Under the pieces are notes generated by a model. The model was not told the origin of the DNA. It was given only the letters and a program-made list of their open reading frames with translations, and ran no database searches. Below are positions 57,448 to 64,000 of a DNA stretch of 64,000 bases, piece after piece (position 1 is the first letter of the stretch; every line of letters begins with the position of its first letter). Source of the stretch: a virus; IMG/VR virus record IMGVR_UViG_3300035670_000038, positions 32,001 to 96,000 of that record, one strand, 5' to 3'. Made by a program: the position numbers and the translations under genes.

Positions 57448-58283
57448 TAGACCCCCTTGGTGAGAAGGACTCGTGCGATAGACTCCCACCGCGTGGGGTT
57501 ATCCTTTGCCAGACCACACAGCTTCATCAGAGTGCGGATAGACAACTCGCGGAGTGAATCACGATGCACCTTTAGGAAGGAAAGAATTGGAGTGCGAAGA
57601 TGATTCGGGACATCCTCACGGTCGAAGATACGACCACTCGACGCGATGTGTTCCACCCACACACCCAATTCGTTTCGATTGTGGAGTCGAAGGTCAAGAT
57701 ACAGACTCCGCGACATCAACGCCTCGAAGTGTTGTGCGTACTTGTTCTTACCCTCATCCACAAAAGTCTGAAAGTCAAGATTCGAAATAAAAATCATCGC
57801 ACCGTTGAACTCGAAACTCTGCGGGATGTCGTTCTCACGAAGCTGGGGAGCCTCCTTCATATACGACACCTTACGCGTCGAGGAAGTATCACACAGCGCC
57901 TTCAAGATGTTCAACGCGTCCTCATCGTTGAAGATAGAGTCTGCATCGTCGAGGACGATAACATTCCCTGGCTTACGATACTGATACGCCAACATATAGA
58001 GATGAAGGGCGGACATAGACCCACGAACAATCTCGTGCGGAACATCGGCGTGTTCCAGAATGTTCTCGACGGTGTAGGTCTTACCGACACCAGGTGCGCC
58101 CGTCACCACCATCGCCCGAATGTTCTTGGCGATTGCACCCTTGGTCAAGAGTGAGAGGATATCGAACCGCTCCTTCAAATCGGTAAGAATCTGAGAATCA
58201 CTACGAACCTTCGGCTTCGACGCCTCACGGGCGGCGATGTCCGCCTTAGAGGGGCGACCACGCTTCACGACACGAATAGACAT
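57447..58283 (-). CDS. AAA-family ATPase
   Basis: GAPGVGKT, VLDDAD, LKALCD, FISN, ALMSR. Confidence 0.85.
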   Translation of the reverse strand: MSIRVVKRGRPSKADIAAREASKPKVRSDSQILTDLKERFDILSLLTKGAIAKNIRAMVVTGAPGVGKTYTVENILEHADVPHEIVRGSMSALHLYMLAYQYRKPGNVIVLDDADSIFNDEDALNILKALCDTSSTRKVSYMKEAPQLRENDIPQSFEFNGAMIFISNLDFQTFVDEGKNKYAQHFEALMSRSLYLDLRLHNRNELGVWVEHIASSGRIFDREDVPNHLRTPILSFLKVHRDSLRELSIRTLMKLCGLAKDNPTRWESIARVLLTKGV

Positions 58284-58314
58284 TTAGAAATCTCCGTTGG
58301 GATTGGGAATTTGT

Positions 58315-58343
58315 AATATAACTAACTTACCTACGAAAGTCAA
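58315..58343 (-). promoter_or_regulatory. promoter TTGACT-17-TATATT
   Basis: reverse complement match. Confidence 0.7.
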
Positions 58344-58479
58344 GCCCCTGCGACCTCTCCCACCTCGCCATCTCCTCGCGGTCGAGGTCGGAACATTCCA
58401 CCGAACAGAACATCGCTTCCGAATGGTCGGGGAGTGGGGTCTTACAATGTTCACACTTCTTTTTCATTTTCATTTCCGA

Positions 58480-58812
58480 TTAGACGTTAGACCAGAACAC
58501 TTGATTCCCACGACGAACCTTCTTGAAGAACCCGTGACGAACCCCATAGTTGAAGAGGTAGGTACCCCAACCAGAGGTGACGTAGTTAGTACCAGTATGG
58601 GGATAGTAGGTGTGTGAGTTGTCGAGGATACGACCAAACACATCTCGAAGGATTTCCGCCTTAGTCGCCTCACCCTTCACCGAAAGGTAATCACGAACAC
58701 GATTTAAACGGGAATTCGGATTGTAAATAGACTTGGAAAAATTCAAACCGTTGGGGGCGGTCAGATGGGAAGGGACCGACGAAAGGGAACGACCATAACC
58801 ATAACCAAACAT
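58480..58812 (-). CDS. hypothetical protein
   Basis: GGAG RBS; promoter upstream. Confidence 0.6.
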   Translation of the reverse strand: MFGYGYGRSLSSVPSHLTAPNGLNFSKSIYNPNSRLNRVRDYLSVKGEATKAEILRDVFGRILDNSHTYYPHTGTNYVTSGWGTYLFNYGVRHGFFKKVRRGNQVFWSNV

Positions 58813-58842
58813 TTTGAAACTCCGTAGAAAAGGGATAAAGGT

Positions 58843-58905
58843 AATATAACACAATATCCCCAAACCACAAGAGGAAACCCGCCCCGTTACAATTCCGTTA
58901 CAATT
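58843..58905 (-). promoter_or_regulatory. promoter TTGTGG-16-TATATT with upstream TGTAAC-N5-TGTAAC box
   Basis: gttaca at 58886 and 58897 on the + strand. Confidence 0.65.
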
Positions 58906-59167
58906 GGACAAGAGCTGGACAAGTTATCCACATCACAAATATTAAAACGTGGAAAACTATGTGGATAAGTTTTATCATCATTTCTTGTAGTTTTATCATC
59001 CGCGCAAATTTAAACCCCCCCTGCGGATTTGCAGGGAGGGTTCCCGTATCGTGGGGAACGTCGAGGTTTTTTATTAGAGGGAACCTGGAACGGAAACCCT
59101 CGTTAGCGTTAACTGGTGGGGGAGGTTCTGTGACCCTTACGCGCCCACCACAACGCCCGTATCTTTT

Positions 59168-59410
59168 TTACCGATGGGTGAAAGACATATGCACCCCATT
59201 GGTGTCCCACTTTAGTTTGCGGAGGCTTCGGAACCTACGCTTTGCACCATTTCGATTAGGTTCCACCTTGCGGCGGTTGTCGGTCAGACTCCCAACGGGG
59301 GAGGTGTTCCCGCGGGACGGCTGACGGGTCGGGAGGCTGTCGTACATCTCGTCCAAATCGTCGTAGTTAATCATAAAAGGAAATCTAATGGGTTGTGGTG
59401 TGTTTGTCAA
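59168..59410 (-). CDS. hypothetical protein
   Basis: ORF in the early array. Confidence 0.45.
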   Translation of the reverse strand: MTNTPQPIRFPFMINYDDLDEMYDSLPTRQPSRGNTSPVGSLTDNRRKVEPNRNGAKRRFRSLRKLKWDTNGVHMSFTHR

Positions 59411-59604
59411 GCCTGCGAGGCAAATTCGTTGATGAACGAAAGCTGGTCCTCATTCACATGCGGCAGTCTTGCCACCGACACCAACCCAAAAGTCTCCCGC
59501 GTTGCGTCAAGGTCAAGAAGCTCCGGCCAATCCCAATAGTCGGGACCATTCGACATATCCTCTGTGGTGGTGTATTCCAGTACGATGCGATAGGTCTTAG
59601 CCAT
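59407..59604 (-). CDS. hypothetical protein
   Basis: coupled ORF; P..WDW..L. Confidence 0.6.
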   Translation of the reverse strand: MAKTYRIVLEYTTTEDMSNGPDYWDWPELLDLDATRETFGLVSVARLPHVNEDQLSFINEFASQA

Positions 59605-59816
59605 TAGACATTCTCCAAAAGGTCGGGGTAAACATCCTTCACATCAGAATACAACTGCTCGTCGGTCAACTCATTCAACTGCTCATCCAACGTATCGAAC
59701 GCGTACTGCACCAAATCCTTGATGTCCATAGTATCCACGATACGGGAGATGTACGCTTCCTGCAACTTGTGCCGATAGGGGCGGTTATCCATATACTGCT
59801 CGAAGGCGTTGGTCAT
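59604..59816 (-). CDS. hypothetical protein
   Basis: Y...IVD.MD.KDL...YPDLL. Confidence 0.65.
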   Translation of the reverse strand: MTNAFEQYMDNRPYRHKLQEAYISRIVDTMDIKDLVQYAFDTLDEQLNELTDEQLYSDVKDVYPDLLENV

Positions 59817-59817
59817 C

Positions 59818-60033
59818 TTACTTCCCCTCTTGGATGTTGGTGATAGACGTTAGAAGGAGGCGGTCATAGTAGTCCGCCATCTCCGTCATCTGCTTCCCAC
59901 CGCGGGTGCGCATCTCGAAAATCATACCCGAAACCATAGAACCGAAATACCCTGCGGCGTAGGAGTAGTCCCCATATCGCTCGCGGGAAACATCGGTCAT
60001 CTTGGTCACTGCATCATAGGTGTTGCTCATCAT
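59818..60033 (-). CDS. hypothetical protein
   Basis: YG..SYAAGY..S motif; GGAG RBS. Confidence 0.65.
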   Translation of the reverse strand: MMSNTYDAVTKMTDVSRERYGDYSYAAGYFGSMVSGMIFEMRTRGGKQMTEMADYYDRLLLTSITNIQEGK

Positions 60034-60056
60034 TTTCTCCGTTTGGTGTGTATTGT

Positions 60057-60085
60057 AATATAACCTTTTATTAGGTCGGTGTCAA
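60057..60085 (-). promoter_or_regulatory. promoter TTGACA-17-TATATT
   Basis: reverse complement match. Confidence 0.7.
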
Positions 60086-60351
60086 GCGTCGAACCCCGCG
60101 TACTCGTACCCGTCCAGGTCGTGCCCGTACATCCACTCCGATTCCCGCTCCATGCGGTCGGTGTCGATGGGGGAACCCGAATCCTCCTCATACGCGAGGT
60201 CATCGTAATCCGCGTCATACTTAAAACGAAACGCCTCCATCTCCGCCTGCGCCTCCGCCTCACACACAGCGGAACAGAAGAACTCGGAACCGATGAACGA
60301 GCCAACCTCGTTCTCGTTGCAGACGGGGCAAATCGGGATGTGGTAGGACAT
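60082..60351 (-). CDS. acidic zinc-finger hypothetical protein
   Basis: CPVC...FCSAVC. Confidence 0.6.
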   Translation of the reverse strand: MSYHIPICPVCNENEVGSFIGSEFFCSAVCEAEAQAEMEAFRFKYDADYDDLAYEEDSGSPIDTDRMERESEWMYGHDLDGYEYAGFDA

Positions 60352-60376
60352 TTTGTTCTCCATTGAAGTTATACTA

Positions 60377-60440
60377 AATATAACCCTATATCTGGGGGAC
60401 ACAAGGGGGCAGGGGGTCTGTTACAATTCCGTTACAATTG
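60377..60440 (-). promoter_or_regulatory. promoter TTGTGT-16-TATATT with upstream TGTAAC-N5-TGTAAC box
   Basis: gttaca at 60420 and 60431; shares gttacaattccgttacaattggacaag with 58886. Confidence 0.65.
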
Positions 60441-60500
60441 GACAAGATTGGACTATGGGTACAACCCTTGTCCAGCGTTTTATCACGCGGTTTTGGGCAT

Positions 60501-60527
60501 AAAAAACCCCACCTTCGGAGGGTGGGG
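60501..60527 (-). terminator. intrinsic terminator
   Basis: aaaaaa ccccacct-tcgg-agggtgggg. Confidence 0.65.
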
Positions 60528-60545
60528 AAATCCCATAGGGTTTTT

Positions 60546-60821
60546 TTAATTCTGAATTGCGGTCAAAAGCTTCGTTAACTGTAACTTCTCCCAGCTCAAC
60601 TCCGCATGCTTCCTATTCAATGCGTCCAGCTCATCGTCAATCGCCTTGATACGGACGGGGGCGTGTTCCTCAACAACCTTGACGATGTTAAACCCATGAC
60701 CCAACCCCTCTTGCGGGTCAAAGTGGGGAAGGGGAAGAGAGTGAATAGGATTCTCTGCTGTGATTGACTCCATCACCCTTTCCCTACTGACGGGCTTCTT
60801 CTTACCGAAGAGTGGGGTCAT
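60546..60821 (-). CDS. hypothetical protein
   Basis: coupled ORF. Confidence 0.55.
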   Translation of the reverse strand: MTPLFGKKKPVSRERVMESITAENPIHSLPLPHFDPQEGLGHGFNIVKVVEEHAPVRIKAIDDELDALNRKHAELSWEKLQLTKLLTAIQN

Positions 60822-61204
60822 TACGCGACCACCTTACGCGGACGGCCACGCTTCTTGTACCCAGCCGTAATCTGAGCCTCAGCCTCCAGGTGGGCCTTCT
60901 CAGCATCGGTCCCAGCCTTGGGGGAACCCGTATAACCAGACCAATCATACTGCGACACCGTATCAAGAGTACCAAAGGTACGCCGCGGGTTAATCTGAGC
61001 CCACGACTTGATGCCGTAGATGATCCACGAATTGCGGTCAACCATATACCGACCAAGCTTCTGTACATCCGTCTGCACGTAGACCTTATCGAACTTACGA
61101 CCAGTCTCTACCTGCCACTTGTCACCCTTGACGCCAACGTTCTGAGTCATAAGAGCCTTAACGAAAGCCTCAACCTTCTGCGAATACTCGACAGCCTTAT
61201 CCAT
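60821..61204 (-). CDS. conserved phage protein with C-terminal AT-hook-like motif
   Basis: GRKFDKV, YMVD....IYGIKSW, KKRGRPRK. Confidence 0.7.
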   Translation of the reverse strand: MDKAVEYSQKVEAFVKALMTQNVGVKGDKWQVETGRKFDKVYVQTDVQKLGRYMVDRNSWIIYGIKSWAQINPRRTFGTLDTVSQYDWSGYTGSPKAGTDAEKAHLEAEAQITAGYKKRGRPRKVVA

Positions 61205-61300
61205 TTTAGTTTGCCTCCCACAAGTTATTAAAGAACTTGTATAGTGTTTTCCTACTCTAGTGAATAACCTTCGTGTTATTACACTTTTCCTAACATACTA

Positions 61301-61329
61301 AATATACCCACTAAATACCAGTTTGTCAA
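61301..61329 (-). promoter_or_regulatory. promoter TTGACA-17-TATATT
   Basis: reverse complement match. Confidence 0.7.
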
Positions 61330-61655
61330 GCCCCTACAATTTCTTTTACCTTTTCGTACTTATACCACATTAGGGCCATCTGGTAACCAGCGTATAACTC
61401 ACCCTCAATTAAATCTTTATATTCATCAATCTGCTTTAGGTTCAGCGGTGTCTCTTCACCCTCAAACATCACCGATTGCCCGTTGGTCAACTTGGTATGC
61501 ATCTGTTCCAGCATCGGCATCAGAGTCAAGGTGTTGGTCACGACCTCTTCGAATTCATCTTTATACTTCGGGTCACTATCCAACTTGTCCCAGCAAATCT
61601 GTATCTGCTCTGGGTCATTGATAGCCATCTCTTGGATTTCACGTAGTCGGGTCAC
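61326..61655 (-). CDS. hypothetical protein
   Basis: coupled ORF. Confidence 0.55.
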   Translation of the reverse strand: MTRLREIQEMAINDPEQIQICWDKLDSDPKYKDEFEEVVTNTLTLMPMLEQMHTKLTNGQSVMFEGEETPLNLKQIDEYKDLIEGELYAGYQMALMWYKYEKVKEIVGA

Positions 61656-61939
61656 TGCTTGTTCTCCTTGTCTGAGTGCTTACACATTCTGCGGAAGGAA
61701 TACCCTGCGCAGCTACACATCCACTTCCCGTTCGGTTGTCGGGTCAAGGTATAGGTTGCACCCCTCGACCCCTGTACCTTCTTCTGCTCTACCTTGACCT
61801 TCTCCACCTTGGGACGGTTCCACGATATCTGGCTCAACGTGGTCCCGTGGGGAACCTCTTTCCAATCTGGCATGATGTAGAGCTTATTTCCAATCTTTGC
61901 TAGTGCGGGACTATGTATCCCATTCGATGTATACTTCAT
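61652..61939 (-). CDS. SWIM zinc-finger protein
   Basis: GSRG.TY, W.CSCAGYSFRR.CKH. Confidence 0.8.
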   Translation of the reverse strand: MKYTSNGIHSPALAKIGNKLYIMPDWKEVPHGTTLSQISWNRPKVEKVKVEQKKVQGSRGATYTLTRQPNGKWMCSCAGYSFRRMCKHSDKENKQ

Positions 61940-62385
61940 ACACCGACCGTTACGGTGACCTTCCCCTCAATGCGAAGCAGAGTAGTGATAATCTTTCGGA
62001 GATTGTCCACCTGCTTCTGATTCTCTACGGTGACCTTCGTATACTGCGTAGTTCCAGTAGGGAAGGTCAGATGCCGGCGTCTTGCCGCCAACACCTTCGG
62101 TCTAGCATTGTAGAGTTTCGCAAACTTCTTGAATCCCTTCTGTTCGTAGTAGTGATGTCCGTTTTCAAGCATATGACTCTTTGCCAGAATGTCGTGCAGC
62201 TTGTCGGTCACCTCCACACCCTGTAAGTCCCAATATGCCTTTGCATCCGCGGCGTCTCGACGATACTTGAGCGTGGCGGGGTCCACCCCCAACACCTCGG
62301 CCGCCTCTGGGGTTGTGTAGTACCCCGTGATGCGAGCGGGTGCCCGCTTGGTCTTACGGCTGATGGTTGGATTATAAAGTTTCAT
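61936..62385 (-). CDS. putative HTH DNA-binding protein
   Basis: YYTTPEAAEVLGVDPATLKY. Confidence 0.6.
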   Translation of the reverse strand: MKLYNPTISRKTKRAPARITGYYTTPEAAEVLGVDPATLKYRRDAADAKAYWDLQGVEVTDKLHDILAKSHMLENGHHYYEQKGFKKFAKLYNARPKVLAARRRHLTFPTGTTQYTKVTVENQKQVDNLRKIITTLLRIEGKVTVTVGV

Positions 62386-62386
62386 A

Positions 62387-62566
62387 TTAGAGGTCACGGT
62401 TAGAAGGATTCTCCTCAACCCACCCCATCCAAGCGATAAGGGCATCTCGTGCCTCTCGACGCTCTAGACCTAGTGCGGCCTGAAGGTAGGGAGCCGCCCC
62501 GTACATGTTGACCTCACCAGACTCGCGGAGGCGATTGAGAAACTCGAACTCAGGACGAATAGCCAT
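62387..62566 (-). CDS. small conserved phage protein
   Basis: FL..LRESG..NMYGAAPYL (59 aa, below the ORF-track cutoff). Confidence 0.65.
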   Translation of the reverse strand: MAIRPEFEFLNRLRESGEVNMYGAAPYLQAALGLERREARDALIAWMGWVEENPSNRDL

Positions 62567-62568
62567 TT

Positions 62569-62961
62569 TTAGTTTTCTCCCGTAATCTTAAAGGTCTGCC
62601 ACTCACCATTCACTCGAAGGTACCCATACTCACACCACGAACCCTTACGGAACCCCAACCACTCTTCAACGTTGGTGTGGACAAGGGCGGACACCCCATT
62701 CTCACCGCGGTCCCGACCATAGAAGGTAGTCATACCCTCCGTGCGGTCATCAAACGGGTTGCGTTCCGTGGGGGAACCGATTTGCTGGTCAATCGAAGAA
62801 ATATCACCCATATCCAGAAGGCGGTCCAGCTTGTCCTCATCAGAATAGAAATCTCGAAGGATAGTTCCCGCGTGTTCGGGATACCCGTCCCAATGTCCGT
62901 AGACAGAACGAACCGTCACCCCATCCTCCTGCACCTTACCAACCGTCCATCGCGTAGCCAT
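62569..62961 (-). CDS. conserved phage protein
   Basis: MATR, VYGHWDGYP...G..L, GDISS, YGRDRGE, EYGY. Confidence 0.75.
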   Translation of the reverse strand: MATRWTVGKVQEDGVTVRSVYGHWDGYPEHAGTILRDFYSDEDKLDRLLDMGDISSIDQQIGSPTERNPFDDRTEGMTTFYGRDRGENGVSALVHTNVEEWLGFRKGSWCEYGYLRVNGEWQTFKITGEN

Positions 62962-62989
62962 CGTGTGTCTCCTTAAGTGGTGTTTAGGT

Positions 62990-63018
62990 AATATAACCTA
63001 TTATCGGTCAGAAGTCAA
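62990..63018 (-). promoter_or_regulatory. promoter TTGACT-17-TATATT
   Basis: reverse complement match. Confidence 0.7.
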
Positions 63019-63201
63019 GGGGGCGTCCCCCATCGTCTTGACCATATCGTTATAGTCATCCGCCAACCCCGCCATCTTCCGTAGCTCAGCGATGGCGACA
63101 CTCTTATCCCCAAACTCGTAGACCGCGAGAAGGACAGGGAGGATACCGGTCCAGGTGGGGGTCAGGTCGATAGTCTCAACCTTTTTCGTCTTTTTAGCCA
63201 T
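63001..63201 (-). CDS. hypothetical protein
   Basis: IDLTPTW..ILP, AELRKMA.LAD. Confidence 0.6.
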   Translation of the reverse strand: MAKKTKKVETIDLTPTWTGILPVLLAVYEFGDKSVAIAELRKMAGLADDYNDMVKTMGDAPLTSDR

Positions 63202-63371
63202 TAACGAACCCCCCGCTCTTCCAGACACTGCGACACATACTCTAGGTCGGCGGAAGCACAGTCATACTCATACGACCCGAACTCCATCTCTTCCATCATC
63301 TCATCCAGCTCCTTGTACCACGCCAACATCTCATCCGTGGACATCTGCTTGACCGTCTTAACTTCTAACAT
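63201..63371 (-). CDS. small acidic hypothetical protein
   Basis: AGGAG RBS; MLEVKTVKQMS..., 56 aa. Confidence 0.5.
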   Translation of the reverse strand: MLEVKTVKQMSTDEMLAWYKELDEMMEEMEFGSYEYDCASADLEYVSQCLEERGVR

Positions 63372-63399
63372 TCTGTGTCTCCTTTAGTGGTGTGTATCT

Positions 63400-63428
63400 A
63401 ATATAACCTTATTAGTCAGCGTAGTCAA
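63400..63428 (-). promoter_or_regulatory. promoter TTGACT-17-TATATT
   Basis: reverse complement match; leader similar to that at 62963-62998. Confidence 0.7.
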
Positions 63429-63657
63429 GGGGGTCAAACTGAAAGAACCCCTCAACCCCATCTGGGAACTCTACCGACTGGATCATCTCATCGGTGATAG
63501 TATCCATATCCCGATAGTCCCATTCGGTATAGTCATTCAGCTCATCCTCACGGATGACCCATTCCCAGTTGTGGTACTTCCCATTCGTGTGAGTGTTGAT
63601 GACAAGGAAGCGGTCACAGGTGGACCAATAGACGATGTTTTTTAGTGTGTTGTTCAT
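63412..63657 (-). CDS. hypothetical protein (possibly leaderless)
   Basis: ATG about 6 nt after the -10 box at 63664-63669. Confidence 0.55.
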   Translation of the reverse strand: MNNTLKNIVYWSTCDRFLVINTHTNGKYHNWEWVIREDELNDYTEWDYRDMDTITDEMIQSVEFPDGVEGFFQFDPLDYAD

Positions 63658-63741
63658 ATAGGTAATATAAGCTAATAACCCCCCACCCACAAGGGGCGGA
63701 GGGTATTATAACGTAATTGTTACAATTGGACAGGGTTAGGA

Positions 63742-63927
63742 CTAGAAGCTGGACAGGTACACACTCATCCCCAACTGGAAGAGGATAACCCCATAACAGA
63801 CCGCCAGCATCTTGTGACCGAATCGGTTGTCAAGGGACGCGGAATGATTGACGGCTGAAAGGAACTCATGGACGTACTTGGTCATGCTGGTCACCTCAAA
63901 GAGAAAGAAAGGAAAAGATACCACCAA
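63742..63927 (-). CDS. small membrane protein (start uncertain)
   Basis: C-terminal hydrophobic helix. Confidence 0.4.
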   Translation of the reverse strand: MVVSFPFFLFEVTSMTKYVHEFLSAVNHSASLDNRFGHKMLAVCYGVILFQLGMSVYLSSF

Positions 63928-64000
63928 AGATGTTCTTCAAGATGAATGACCACATCAGATAGGGAATCATCTTGGTCACTACCTCAAAGACCAACCAACC

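Noticed and set aside
55198-63352. Plus-strand ORFs in the early region (e.g. 56587-57096, 57600-58154)
   Set aside because: They are antisense to coherent minus-strand genes that have promoters and RBSs.
1-64000. In-window selenoprotein or genome-wide UGA recoding
   Set aside because: I checked the TGA-ending ORFs by eye. They are complete proteins and mostly use ATGA/GTGA stop-start overlaps. I saw no broken conserved gene, UxxC/CxxU motif or SECIS-like hairpin. Very short selenoproteins cannot be fully excluded without computation.

Overview
This window looks like part of a large T4-like (jumbo-type) dsDNA bacteriophage genome. Positions 1-54.1 kb are almost all + strand and AT-rich. They carry replication and nucleotide genes: sliding clamp, clamp loader subunits, dCMP deaminase, ThyX, a PD-(D/E)XK nuclease, and DruA-like and Mom-like GNAT-fold proteins. 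A ~19 kb glycan biosynthesis island (13.8-32.9 kb) follows, containing Gmd, a GDP-mannose 3,5-epimerase, many glycosyltransferases, RibB, an FSA/transaldolase-like protein and a form IV RuBisCO-like protein. Further on are a split VWA/MoxR-AAA pair with duplicated promoters, HExxH and 2OG-Fe(II) oxygenases, and NagB. The most striking feature is a phage-borne selenocysteine module: a full-length SelA (42557-43927) and a canonical 8/5-fold tRNA-Sec(UCA) (53998-54098). I found no selenoprotein, SelB or SelD in the window. A non-coding block at ~54.1-54.77 kb contains iteron-like repeats and DnaA-box matches. Beyond it, a GC-richer minus-strand array of small early-type genes is driven by many TTGnnn-16/17-TATATT promoters, some with 11-bp-period upstream boxes. 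All product calls come from motif recognition by eye; no database searches were run.
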